A stretch of DNA of 63,206 nt, the filler included, from Stramenopiles sp. TOSAG23-6 (Eukaryota), in assembly GCA_900128565.1 (NCBI GenBank). It is 9 parts of 9 records of this genome, joined end to end, with 100 filler letters (N's around TTAATTAATTAA, not from the genome) between each part and the next. Parts side by side here need not be neighbours in the genome. Positions count along the whole stretch, not along the records: positions 1 to 11,413 come from LT636262.1; positions 11,514 to 22,886 come from LT636263.1; 7 more parts are not named here. One strand, given 5' to 3'. The translations under genes were made by a program, and so were the position numbers. Below are positions 10,872 to 22,319 of the stretch, piece by piece. The notes beneath the pieces were generated by a model. The model did no database searches, was not told where the DNA came from, and saw nothing but the letters and a program-made list of their open reading frames with translations. Position 1 is the first letter of the stretch. Every line of letters begins with the position of its first letter.

Positions 10872-11034
10872 TACGAAAGACCTTCTTTTTGTTACTCTTT
10901 GGTTTTGTTCTTCTAATGTTCTTTTTAGGTAGGACTACGCGTAGTACGTTAACTTTGATACCGTCCGGGGGAATAACGGAAAAAAAAATTAGGTACAAAA
11001 TTTTCTACGAAACAATAATTATAAAAAATACTTT

Positions 11035-11350
11035 TTAATTCTCAATTATTTGATGATATGATCCAAATCTAACAATATCAATTTCTCTTCGGAGCATAAT
11101 TTCTTGAAAGGGGATAAGTATCGCTATTGCTGGAGGTAACGTTAATAACGTGATCCAATTCATCCAATTTGTTCCTAAATTTCCAATAGGTATCGTCAAA
11201 AATAATGTTTGAACTACATTTTGAACCAATACCAAAAATAATGATGTTGTACCTCCTCCAGCAGTACCATATGTAGTCTCTATACACAACTCGTAAAATA
11301 AAGGAATAGTTCCATTCATGAAAAAGCCAATCAGAAATGATATGAAGTAC
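11035..11350 (-). CDS. MFS transporter C-terminal exon (FLVCR/SLC49-like)
   Basis: TM helices with PLFYELCIETTY; preceded by a truncated intron copy at the contig end. Confidence 0.6.
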
Positions 11351-11413
11351 ATATATTTTGAAAAAATATTTTTTTTGTAAAATTTGTTAGGTACAAAATT
11401 TCGTATGAAAAAA
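11351..11413 (-). mobile_element. 3' half of introner-like intron at contig end
   Basis: TTTCATACGAAATTTTGTACCTAAC..CAAAATATAT. Confidence 0.75.
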
Positions 11414-11513
11414 NNNNNNNNNNNNNNNNNNNNNNNNNNNNNNNNNNNNNNNNNNNNTTAATTAATTAANNNNNNNNNNNNNNNNNNNNNNNNNNNNNNN
11501 NNNNNNNNNNNNN
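11414..11513. other. Artificial contig spacer (N44-TTAATTAATTAA-N44)
   Basis: Six-frame-stop linker. The same spacer occurs at 22887-22986, 34359-34458, 45805-45904, 57248-57347, 58741-58840, 60231-60330 and 61719-61818. Confidence 0.97.
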
Positions 11514-11641
11514 AAATATTTTCAAACATTTGAAAATGGTTAGGTATGATTTTTTTTTTTTTTTTATTTTTTTTTTTTTAGTAAAAAAAATTGAAAAAAA
11601 AAAAAGTTTTAGGGTTAGGGTTAGTAAAAAATAGAACGTAC
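11514..11641 (-). mobile_element. Introner-like intron truncated by contig end
   Basis: GTACGTTCTATTTT start, TACCTAAC, GAAAATATTT. Confidence 0.7.
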
Positions 11642-12139
11642 AAGTTGAAAAGACATACGCCAATGGTGAAGAGATTCTTGTCTTCTTCCAAGACTTTGTA
11701 ATAACAATGCAAAGTTATTTCGTGGTGTTGCACTTTTTGCAGATAATGATGGAGATGATGTAATGGCAAGTTCAAAATAATGAATTGCTTCATGTAATAC
11801 CCATTCATTAGTAGACTTTGCACTTGTTTCAATTTTCTTAGATAATCCCACTGCAAGATTACCAAGTGTTTGTCTATGATTAGGTTGTATCTGTAGAGCT
11901 TGTTTCCAAACAGATATGGCTTTTTTATACAATTCTTGTTTCCAAAGTGAGTTTGCTTTTGATAATAAAGTAGTAATGTTTGAATCTTCATTAGATGTCA
12001 AACCAAGTTTTATTGTTTTCGTAGGAGTCTGTTCTTGCTGGACTAATACCAACGGTTCCGATACAAAAGCACATGTGACAGATAATAGTATGCATATAAA
12101 GAATCCATGTAACGATACATGTTTTAGTAGCATCCTCAT
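11642..12139 (-). CDS. TPR-repeat protein with N-terminal hydrophobic segment, first exon (3'-truncated)
   Basis: AISVWKQALQIQPNH..LGNLA and AIHYFELAI..NNFALLLQSLG TPR patterns. Confidence 0.65.
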
Positions 12140-12626
12140 ACTTTGTGTGTGTGATAGATTTACGATTGAAAATGATATTGATGCTGAGAAAGAACTTTGA
12201 GATCGATCACGATTTAGAATCAAAAAAAAGACGGGATTTTCGGGACTTTTAAAATTTAATAAATACAAAAAGCAGATAATTTTTTATTCTATTATTAATA
12301 TTATGTCATTATTTATAACAAACAATTCACTTCAATTATAATTTGCAATAAACACTATTAAAATTGTATTGAATTTCAAATATAAAATTTTTCTATTTCT
12401 CTTGACAACACAATTCTTCATCAATAACATCAATAAAATGAGTATTATATAACCCCTAACCCTCCACCATCTGGAAACATTTTCGAAACGTTTCAAAACA
12501 GGAATAATAAGGGCTAACCCTAACCCTTACAACTAACTAATTGAATACTATATTCAATATTGTAGTGAATTCATATTTTTTTTTCAATTGTACTGATTTA
12601 TTCTAGATATTTCAAATTTCACTATA

Positions 12627-13776
12627 TTAACATTTCCTACCTAAATTTGCCATTCTTGTGTGAAATTTAGCTAATTGGCCAAGACCTGTATATTTTGATT
12701 GAATGTTGTTATTTCCTGAAGTCATCATTAAACGGTCCGCATCTGAACCAAATACTTGACGTACATGTAATTTTTAGAAAATATTGAAAAAAAAAAAACT
12801 TAAATTTGTTAGGTACAAAATTTACTATAAAAAAAAAAAAAAAAAACTCAAAATTGGTAAAAAAATATTCATAACGACGTACAGCTTTATCTACCCCTTT
12901 GAAATATTTTATAGTTTTCATTGATAAATTATCTGTAGAACTCTCAACAGCGACAAATATGCAATTAGAATGTAATTGAAAAACGGAACCCGGGAACATG
13001 TATGAGTGAAAAATATGTTTACATTTTGAAAGATGAGTTGATTTGGTATGAAAAAAAAATTAAATTTGAAATTTAAATTTAAAATTCATGATGAAAAAAT
13101 ACATATGATTAATGTTACCTTCAAGACATCGAACGAGAGCGGCAGATTTCACAGATGAGGAGAATACAACGAGTAATTCACGCGCTGCCATGATTGTTGC
13201 GATTCCCATCGTTAGAGTTCGTTTGGAAACATTTTCTATTTTTATATTGTATCTTTGTGACAATGCGAGTGCAGTATCGCGATTGATTCTTTTTTGACGT
13301 GTAAAAGACGCAAGAGATGAGCCTGGTTCGTTGCGAGCAACATGCCCATCATTCCCTACACCACAAAATAAAAGGTCAATTCCTCCCTTAGATTTAATTG
13401 CTTCTTCAAACCTTTTACACTCGGTATCAAGGTCTGGTGCCTGTCCATCGAGAATAAATACATTTCTGGGATCCATATTTACGTGACGCAAAAACACATT
13501 CCACAAGCTACAATGCGTAGACATACAGAAATCTTTCTCAACACCAACGGCTTCATCTAAATTAAAAGATACACAATTTTCAAATGATAAAGTACCTTCC
13601 TTGTGGAACTTGACCAGATATTTGAATATACCTGCGCAAGAACCATCACCTTTCGGAAAGCCTAATACAAAGTGTTTTTTCGTTTCGGTCGGTTCAAACT
13701 CAATAATTCTTTTTTTTATATACTCCGCTGTCCATAATGACAGTTGATCAGATTCAGCCTTAATTACAACTCTCAT
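12627..13776 (-). CDS. Glucosamine-6-phosphate deaminase-like protein (divergent), 3 exons
   Basis: FNLDE, GGIDL..GVGNDGHVARNEPGSSL, LTMGIATIM, EGNINHM|FPGS. Introns at 12998-13102 and 12765-12870. Confidence 0.85.
12765..12870 (-). mobile_element. Introner-like intron GA..AT (106 nt)
   Basis: Starts GAATATTTT, core TTGTACCTAAC, ends AATTACAT. Removal gives an open 46-codon last exon. Confidence 0.75.
12998..13102 (-). mobile_element. Diverged introner-like intron GT..AT (105 nt)
   Basis: Removal restores INHMFPGS. Confidence 0.8.
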
Positions 13777-14169
13777 TTTCGGCCTTTTATATTACAATAT
13801 ATTATATGAATTGTTTTTGGGTGTGCAGCACTGCGTTGCGAGAAAACTTCGTGAAGTTCTTGAGAGATCAAGATCATTAAATTTTAATTCTGATGGCCAA
13901 GACCATCATGATTTTTTTTTTAAATAGCTAATTTAATTCAACTTTTGGAGAACCCAGTGGATACCTTATTCCGTGAGATCGGCCTACCTGGCGCGGAGTA
14001 TTGATCAAAATTAAACACGCTTTATCGCTTTAGAGGGAAAAAAATAGCCTCTATAGAAAGAAATCTGTCCTAAGTCATTGGATGAATGCAAAGGGACGAT
14101 ATCTTGATACATTTGAGAAAACATATAAGTAAAACAGCAAAAAAAAATTTAAAAGTAGCGAGAAAGTAA

Positions 14170-15087
14170 ATGAAATTACATGCACAAAAGATTTTTCAAA
14201 AATCTTATGAAAAGGATTCTCTTCGAAAGTCTTTTTATTCTAATAAAGCGGGAAAACAAAGCACAGATGTCTTNTNCATACCAAACACGAAAGATATATN
14301 TNTNAAAAAACGAAATCTCAAAGTNANTAANGACGATTCACTGATAGAAAACAACAGAAATAAAATCTTTCATGATAAAATCTTTCATGAAAAAGATTCT
14401 CCTGAAGATACTGCTGTAACTGTCATTCAGAAAGAGCAAAAGTGTTGCCAAGAGTGTTGTACAGACAAGTCATTATGTGATACGTTAATTTTAGAGTTTA
14501 CAGAAAAAGAGTTGGAAGATCTTAACTGCCTTCTCGGTGTAAATCCAAAAACGACGACTCATGAGAAACATACTCCTAGCATTTCTAGTATTTCTATTCC
14601 TCTTGGTGTTCCTAGAAATAATAATAACCCACCGAAGAAGTCGACAAAGAAGAATAGATCTACAAAAAACATGACAGATGAAAACTCTTTAAATGTATCA
14701 AATAAAAAACGGAAATATAGAGGTAGATCGATATGTCATTGGTGTAAACGAAAAGATTGCAAATGCTGCCAATGTTTCAATTGTGAAGCATGTGGCCATT
14801 ATCCTAAACCTTGCAAAATTCCAAGATATTCAAAACGGCGATTGTGTAACAAATGTAATAGAAACAAGTTTCGATCTGGTTTGTGCAAAGCAAATATTAT
14901 TACACGGGAGAAACGAAAAAAAGACAATTTGAGAAAAAGAATGAGTAGAAAAAGTCCCTTATATTTTTTGACTTGTTCAGATAGATTTCACTGCGTTAAT
15001 AGAACGTCTAAAGTTGGTACAATTTTAAATTACTTGTCTTTACATCGAAAGAAGAGTTTTGATAGTCATCTAAACAAGAAAGAATAA
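14170..15087 (+). CDS. Hypothetical basic, Cys-rich (putative Zn-binding) protein
   Basis: 305-aa ORF with clustered CxxC motifs. Confidence 0.5.
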   Translation: MKLHAQKIFQKSYEKDSLRKSFYSNKAGKQSTDVXXIPNTKDIXXKKRNLKXXXDDSLIENNRNKIFHDKIFHEKDSPEDTAVTVIQKEQKCCQECCTDKSLCDTLILEFTEKELEDLNCLLGVNPKTTTHEKHTPSISSISIPLGVPRNNNNPPKKSTKKNRSTKNMTDENSLNVSNKKRKYRGRSICHWCKRKDCKCCQCFNCEACGHYPKPCKIPRYSKRRLCNKCNRNKFRSGLCKANIITREKRKKDNLRKRMSRKSPLYFLTCSDRFHCVNRTSKVGTILNYLSLHRKKSFDSHLNKKE

Positions 15088-15336
15088 AGCATGGCTTTGT
15101 ATGTACATTGAAATGATAAAAATTTAATATTTTGCTTTTTTTGTGTTTGTTTTTCATTTTATCAGAACAAACCTGCTATTGATGCATGAATACTATTACG
15201 ACGTAGACTCTACATGAAATATAAATATCAGTTTCAGTTATATGACAATACTATCAAATTTGTTCATTTTTTTCACAATACATTTGAAATTAAATTAATT
15301 TTTTTTTGACTATTTTATTATATATCCAAAAAAGTG

Positions 15337-16718
15337 TTACACAATTTTCTGTCGTTTAGGCAAAGACGAAATATTATGTTGATTATTATTATGATCATCG
15401 CGGCGTTTTAATTTTGAACCATCTTTTTGATTTTCTATGGTCTTCATAGTAGATTTCGTTTGTTCATCTTTGTGTCTGTTAGTACCAATAGTCATATCAC
15501 CGTTGACATCTCCATTTAAATCAATACTGGCGAGTGTATCATCATCAAATTGAGAAAATCCCGAATTTTCGAAATTTTCAAATTCATCTAACTCATTCTC
15601 TTCAATATTATTGACTTGATCATTACTTTTTTGGTTTGGTATACTTTTCAACAGTGTTTCACCTACAACAACTCTAGAGGTAGATTGATTCTGTGTTACT
15701 TTATTATTGATATTATTATCATAATTGTACAAATTTTCTTTGACATTATTATGATTATTCTTATTTCTATTTTCTGTAAATGGTTTTTTGAAAGCAGTAT
15801 TATTCGTTTTTACTATATTTTGTGATTTCGTGTCGTTTCTATTATCATTCATATTGTTGTAGTTGTTACAATTTGTATGATTAACATTTGTATTGTTGTA
15901 GTTTGTATGATTATTATTTGTATTATTGAAATTTGTATTGTTATTGCCTTGACTCTTCTGTCTTGATTGTACATGTATTTTGGAAAAATATTTCAAAAAA
16001 TATTCGTTAGGTACAAAATTTAGTACGAAAAAAAAATAAATTCGAAATTAAAAAAAATAAAACATACCATTTGTCTTTCCTTTTGAATTTCTCTCAATCT
16101 TTGTTTTTTCCGTTCCATTTCGGCATTTTGTTGCTGCTGTTGCAGATTTGAATCACATGAATCTGATGATATTTGAGTAACTTTATATTGACCACGTCTG
16201 AATCCTCTTATGTGTTGCTTATCATATAAGCAATTGCCTAAAATATCACCGAAGAAACGTAGTGCTCTTTTATTAGCATCTGTGACTGCACTCTTTTTAG
16301 CGTTCTGTATCGAATCACCTTTACTTTTCATCCCCTCAGATGTACCATAACCGATGTCCTCATGAAATGTACCGTCTCGTAATTCTACTCTAACAACAGC
16401 TGTGACTCCGACAGAATATCTGCCCCTTTCATCTGGACCGTCTATAAAATCTGGCGTGAGTTCATTTATACTAGAGCTCCAACCATTGTAACCAAAAATT
16501 CTATTCGCAATGGCTATAGAACGCCAGCCTTCTAAATAATGAACTTTGCTCCCCCCAGCGCCCTGTCTTTGGACAGTAAAGTCTGACCCTAGCTTTTGAG
16601 CGAGCTGACGCTGAATTTTATTCTGTTCAATTTTAGTAAACGCTGAGTTTCCAAAAACTGCAGGACGAATATCTGAAGGCTCTTCTGTAGAGCTTGCCGG
16701 TTGTGAAGCAGATGACAT
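15337..16718 (-). CDS. RAD52: DNA repair protein RAD52, 2 exons, Asn-rich tail
   Basis: RQGAGG..YLEG..ANRIFGYNGWS, DGTFHEDIGYG, AKKSAVTDA.KRALRFFG..LGNCLYDK. Confidence 0.93.
15973..16067 (-). mobile_element. Introner-like intron GT..AT (95 nt)
   Basis: Full consensus; joins ORFs 16020-16736 and 15337-15996 in frame. Confidence 0.85.
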
Positions 16719-17081
16719 TATTTGAATATTATGCACAATGATTCATCCAGAGGAATGCTCTTTTTCTGGTTTCGAACGCAGCGATATTAAAATGAAGAAA
16801 GAAATTTGTTCAAATCAAAGTACTTTTTTTTTGATAATGATGGGGAGTTTTTGATGATGGGACATCAAAATTAAGAATGAGAATGACAAACCTGCTAATT
16901 CCTGAAAAGTGGGAAAAGTTCGATTTTTTTTTTTGCGAAAAAAAATAAATTTTTTGAGAATGGAGTGGACGTCGACGACAAGTTTACACACACACACACA
17001 GTGTAAGTGTAATATAAACACTGCGTTTAGAGCTTGTTTCCTCCCCTGTTGTCTTCGTCAACAGAATTAAATTCATCAAAG

Positions 17082-18111
17082 ATGCCTCGCCCTTACCGTG
17101 ATTTAACCCAGAAATTTATGGACAGAAGGAGCCGCAATGGAAACAATAGAAGATTGTCTTTTGATCGTGTAGGTTTAGTTTTGCATTTTGTTTCTTTGAT
17201 TTTACTATTTATCTCTTTTTACTGCCACACACACACACCCTCTGTTCCACTCTATATGTTCCCATAGAAGTATTTTTGAGTTAATGTCTTACATTGTATT
17301 CTTTTTATCTATTTTTTTCCCAACTCAGTCGCACGAAATTGAAATGGGTGCAGTAGTTTTGAACGTAGATGGCTTTGAAAGTTCACGCAAGCCACCAGAC
17401 TGGATGAGTTACCAAAGTATCCGTGCTGAAGATCTAGCAAATATAGACTTTACTATTAACGAATTGAAGAAACTTCATGCCAAAAAACTGTTACCGACAT
17501 TTGATAAAAAAGCAGAGAAAAAAGTAAACAAAGCCATTGCAGCGAAAACCCAGGAGTATAAAAAAATGGCCAAGGCTATGACCCGAGAGATCAAGCGCCT
17601 CGATAACACAGAATATCGGACGTTAGAGGAACAAAACCTTGGTTCTAATATGGTAAACTCATTATCAAAGCAACTATCAGATCGGTCTGTCCAATTTGCT
17701 AATGTAAATAAATCTTTTGTCGATAAAATGAATGAACTCGCGGGAGGGAATAATGCTTTTTCTAGTGGCAGGGGAAATCAAGAACAAAAGTATGATGACA
17801 TATTTGCTACTGGTGTACAACTCTCGGGAATATTGGAGCGCGATACTGATATCAAGCTGATTTTTAAATCGATTCAAGAAATTGGAGAAATGTTTACAGA
17901 TCTTCACGTTCTTGTCGTTGAACAAGGCACAATTTTAGACCGGGTAGACTATAACTTGGAAGTGGCCATGACTCAAACATTTAAAGGTAAGGATCATTTA
18001 AAGAAAGCTGTTGAGCGTAATAAAAAGGCGTCAAGTCGAACCCTATGGTGCACAGGCGTTTTAACCCTCGCCAACTCTATTTTATGGTGCGTCTGGTTGT
18101 ATCGTTTGTAG
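17082..18111 (+). CDS. Syntaxin-16/Tlg2-like Qa-SNARE with canonical GT-AG intron 17169-17328
   Basis: N-peptide YRDLTQKF, PPDW, SNARE motif ERDTDI..LVVEQGTILDRVDYNLE, C-terminal TM. Confidence 0.85.
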
Positions 18112-18223
18112 TTCCTGTGGCATTTTGTCACCCTGCGTTAATTCAAAACTAGACTTACATATTCAAAAATAAACATTAGATCACTCTTATTTATAATACA
18201 ATGTAAAACTCTGTCTATAATCA

Positions 18224-19030
18224 TTATACAATGGTCTTTGTATAATCATTATACAATGGCAAGGTCCAGGAATATAAACTAGCAACTGAACGCCAAAATA
18301 GTTGTAAAAAGGATTTGATAAGTTTTCGAACAAAAACAAAACAAATTTGACCAATACTGGGAAACCAGTGAATCCCAATGCTTATACAAGCGAATGACAT
18401 TATTGCACTTTCTTGAGCACCTAAAGCACATGCAGCGGGATGTAATAGACGCCCACGAAGAGTGCTGCAAATTCCATGAAAGTTGCTCTCAGTCATTTCC
18501 CAAAGAAAAAACTCTTTTTTGATTTTATTTACCAGTTGATCTATAACTGAGAGTAATAAAGGGACAATCACCACCGTAAACACATATGCAAGTATTGAAT
18601 AAAATCCAAATACAACAAATACACATATTAACATATAAAAGTTCATGGTTTCATATATTTCACTTCCTCCTGTAGAACATTTTTTCTTTTGAATTTGAAA
18701 ACACATTTTGTCATTTGTATAGAAAACCTTTTCGTACTTTTGACATTCACAAACCGTTAAATAATCAGGATATGGTAGTGTATAACGTGACTTTACAATA
18801 TTCCAATCGTTATCATTGACAAATTCCCCTCCTTCAATGAATGACACCTCCTCCTCATGCTTGATATTTTTTCCAACTTTTGTGGGTTTTGACACATGGC
18901 TAAGTGAAGTATAGGACTCAAGGGCTTGAAGTGACGAAATGAGTAACACAGTTTTCTGATTTGCTTTTATTCCGTGCTTTTTACAGAGACGTTGGAGGTC
19001 TCTTCGACTCAAATTCTTTAGATTTTTCAT
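18224..19030 (-). CDS. Hypothetical membrane protein with N-terminal SAP/HeH-like motif
   Basis: LSRRDLQRLCKKHGIKANQK plus TM segments. Confidence 0.5.
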   Translation of the reverse strand: MKNLKNLSRRDLQRLCKKHGIKANQKTVLLISSLQALESYTSLSHVSKPTKVGKNIKHEEEVSFIEGGEFVNDNDWNIVKSRYTLPYPDYLTVCECQKYEKVFYTNDKMCFQIQKKKCSTGGSEIYETMNFYMLICVFVVFGFYSILAYVFTVVIVPLLLSVIDQLVNKIKKEFFLWEMTESNFHGICSTLRGRLLHPAACALGAQESAIMSFACISIGIHWFPSIGQICFVFVRKLIKSFLQLFWRSVASLYSWTLPLYNDYTKTIV

Positions 19031-19305
19031 TATAGTCTTTTGTTCTTCGGAGCAAAAGATTTCTAATTTACTTTGGGTTCGGAGTTATTACGAATTAATT
19101 CAATTTCTGCCAACACAATAATATACGACACTGATTGACTCGAAAGTCCGGGGGACCCGGGTAACGAAGATGCTGTCATTTTTTGTCTCTTTTTCTTTTT
19201 TCTCTCTTCAACTTCAAGTTCAAGGATTCAGAAACATCAATTGAACACACTAAACACATTTTGGTCATTTTTTTGGCGTGAATCGGATAACTTTAACGGA
19301 ATAAT

Positions 19306-19722
19306 ATGACTACAATCAATGTATCAGAGGCAATGAGGAGTGCTTCACTAATATTGGGTATTTGTATCATTGTCCTTGGAGTGATGCTTGTAGCTAGCGA
19401 TCTTAACAACGACTTTGGGGATATTTTCATTTCGCACCTTGTTTTTTCGGTTGCCCTTAGTTTTATGGGCTTTTTAATTGCCTCTACATTTCAAAGACTC
19501 AAATTTACATCCCAATATTTTGGTTTCATACATACGTTACTTGGTCGGGGATGTTTTATGATATATGTAGGACTATCTTGTATTCCTTATACATGGTCGT
19601 GGAAATTTCAAAGTATAGTAGGCCTTGCTTCAATTATTTTAGGAGGTATTAACCTCATCTTTTCCTGTATTGGTTCAACAGGAAATCCAAAGGACCATGA
19701 GGAGGTAATGCTTGGTGTGTAA
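19306..19722 (+). CDS. COPI-associated/Tvp15-like small membrane protein
   Basis: Four hydrophobic helices with YFGFIHTLLGRGCFMIYVG. Confidence 0.7.
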   Translation: MTTINVSEAMRSASLILGICIIVLGVMLVASDLNNDFGDIFISHLVFSVALSFMGFLIASTFQRLKFTSQYFGFIHTLLGRGCFMIYVGLSCIPYTWSWKFQSIVGLASIILGGINLIFSCIGSTGNPKDHEEVMLGV

Positions 19723-19906
19723 ATATTGCTAAAACTATTAAATGGCATTGTAGTCGCGATTCACATGGAAGAGAGCAGTAGAAGAAGATGAAGAAGATGT
19801 CAGAGGCAAATGGATACATGTTTGACGTGTGTCAGGGTAATTTTGAGTAAAAAAGAAAAAGCTCCTACAAAAGAATATTGTCATATAGTGACACATTTAA
19901 TTACTA

Positions 19907-20872
19907 TTAAAAAGAAAAGTAATCTCGAATAAAATCAAGTCCTTTTTCAAACTGTTTTTTGCTTTCAACATCTACATCATTAGAATCGCCATACAATAAA
20001 GAGTTCACTTGCGAGAGCTCCATACCAAAACCAAGAATAACCCAGACAAATATCAACATCCAAAGAATTTTTTGAATATCATTAGGACCTAAACAGCAAA
20101 GCATCAAGTTCAAAAGACCCACGAAAATACCTGATCCAGTGCCAAAAAGGAAGGAAGGCCACGTGCACTCAAAATTTATTTCTTTAGGGTTGGGGTTCAG
20201 ACTTTTTTGTTGTTTCTGTGACGGATTTGAGATAGTTTTAATAGACCCTTCGTCAATTCTACGGTGATTGGTTTTGTCTTTCACCGTTCCTGAGTTAGTT
20301 ATAGATGGGGAAGTAATTGAGTCGTAGATACCTACCAACTCGGGCGAGTCAACTTCTATAGTTTTCAAAGACTTTAATTTTGATTCAGCTTTTTTAGCTT
20401 GGGATAAAGTTTGCTTATATTTTTTGTCTATACTTTCGATAGACAGCTTTGACTGCTCTAATGAATTCTCCAATTCGATTAAACGAGATTTCTGGGTATC
20501 AACAAGAGTAAGTAGTTCTTGATGTTCCTCTTGAAATTGTTTTGTTNTCAACTCTGCGATTTTACGAAGTCTTCTTTCATTGTTTACTAAAGTAAGAGCT
20601 TCGTCTCGTTCAATCTCCGCCAACACACGCAACTTTACTTCTGAGGGACCTGCATTGTCGGTAACATCAGGATACTGACACGTACAAGCATTATCATCAA
20701 CATTGGATGCTGGCTCCTGTGCTTCCTGTTTCTCAGAAGCTCTACTTATTGTCTTTGTATTCGATTTTGGTGGTGGATTAGTTTGAGCAACCGTAGCTTT
20801 ACGCGGCGACTCTTTATCTATAGCTGCTGCGATATACCCAAAGATAATAAACAAGAATACACTGCGTTGCAT
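19907..20872 (-). CDS. Hypothetical signal-peptide coiled-coil protein with two C-terminal TM helices
   Basis: Inferred from ORF composition. Confidence 0.6.
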   Translation of the reverse strand: MQRSVFLFIIFGYIAAAIDKESPRKATVAQTNPPPKSNTKTISRASEKQEAQEPASNVDDNACTCQYPDVTDNAGPSEVKLRVLAEIERDEALTLVNNERRLRKIAELXTKQFQEEHQELLTLVDTQKSRLIELENSLEQSKLSIESIDKKYKQTLSQAKKAESKLKSLKTIEVDSPELVGIYDSITSPSITNSGTVKDKTNHRRIDEGSIKTISNPSQKQQKSLNPNPKEINFECTWPSFLFGTGSGIFVGLLNLMLCCLGPNDIQKILWMLIFVWVILGFGMELSQVNSLLYGDSNDVDVESKKQFEKGLDFIRDYFSF

Positions 20873-21292
20873 ATTTCTAAAAAAATTATGAATATAACGT
20901 CAATGGACTAAGTACAATGTATTTATTTGTAGGTAGGACCATAAAGAAAGAAAAGAACTAATCAATTTGTTTCAATTTCAATTTGAAATTTTTGAAAATT
21001 CATCGCGTCATAATTTTTGATAATTTTTTTTTTAAATCGGAAATTAAACAAACGCACGTGATACAAAGGTATGGATAGAATATATATATTTGCGTGATAC
21101 TACTACTTTCGATACAAGAAAAATAATGTTCGAATTCAATTTGAAAATTTAAACCTCCAGAATTTGATTCTTTTTATTGTATTATAGACATTGTTTAATC
21201 GTCTTGTGTCCAAAATTTCGTGTAAAAACACATTTAATAACATCCAAAACTATGACAGAGCATGATAATATTATGTAAATCTTTTCTGCTAT

Positions 21293-22318
21293 TTACTCAT
21301 CTTCTTCATCTTTACTATCTTCTTTAAAAAAAAAGTTTTTAGCTGTTTTGTAAACCTTTGATAAAAATCCTTCAGAATTTTTTTCTTTGGATTTATCAAT
21401 TGTAAGTTCGAGATCATGCTTTTTTCTTGTTCGACAAAACTTTTTTGTTCTCATCTTAATAAAAAACAAAGGTCTGGTGTCACCGCCGATTATTCTTCTG
21501 AAACCCTCCTTAAAAATATTATCAGATTTACGAGAACTTAATCCTAAATTAAAATCCATTTCAAATTTGCGGAGCTTTTCAGGATCTTCTACATCTTCAT
21601 CTGGAGAATCTGTATCTTCATCTTCAGCTTCATCTGAAGAAAATGAATTCTCAGCTGTTGACGTTCCATCATTTGAATTATCTTCTGAATAGTTATCCCC
21701 AGAATAGCCATTTGAAGAGTAAACTTCTGAATCTGAAGTTTCTCCATCATTTCTACCTGTACCTACTTTTGAGTACATTTCGAGGAATCCGGGAGGAACT
21801 CCAGCCCCTCGTCTTCCAGTTGTTCGTTTCACGTTTGAAACACCCATTTTCCCCCTTCGTGTTATTCTACCGACTGCTTCTCTCGCTTCTCGTTTCATTT
21901 CTTTTACCGCTTCAAGACTCGCTTCTTCAGTTGTCTTTTTAACTCCTTCAATATGCGTAGCAAATTCGAGTTCTTTCCTATTCATTTCTTTTACAAGACT
22001 CGCTTCTTCAGTTGTCTTTTCAACTGCTTCTTTATACGTAGAAAATTTGTGTTGACGACTTACTGTTGTGTTCATTTCAAGAAAACGTGGGTCCTTGCTA
22101 TCTCGTTTCGTGCTATCTCGTTTATCTCGTTTGCTTCCAGCTCGTTTGCGTCCTTTCTCTGGTTCCTCTATCGCTTTTCCAATCTCTTTTCTAACGCCTC
22201 TTCTAGTTGTCTGTTTAAGTTCGTTTAGAAACACATCAAAATCGCTTACATTTGCGTCTACTTCTGCTTCCTTTTGGTTTAAATATTTATTAAATGTGTC
22301 TTCTACTTCTGCACGCAT
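21293..22318 (-). CDS. Hypothetical charged low-complexity protein
   Basis: Long ORF with internal repeat KTTEEASL and an acidic tract. The start is uncertain. Confidence 0.5.
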   Translation of the reverse strand: MRAEVEDTFNKYLNQKEAEVDANVSDFDVFLNELKQTTRRGVRKEIGKAIEEPEKGRKRAGSKRDKRDSTKRDSKDPRFLEMNTTVSRQHKFSTYKEAVEKTTEEASLVKEMNRKELEFATHIEGVKKTTEEASLEAVKEMKREAREAVGRITRRGKMGVSNVKRTTGRRGAGVPPGFLEMYSKVGTGRNDGETSDSEVYSSNGYSGDNYSEDNSNDGTSTAENSFSSDEAEDEDTDSPDEDVEDPEKLRKFEMDFNLGLSSRKSDNIFKEGFRRIIGGDTRPLFFIKMRTKKFCRTRKKHDLELTIDKSKEKNSEGFLSKVYKTAKNFFFKEDSKDEEDE

Positions 22319-22319
22319 T

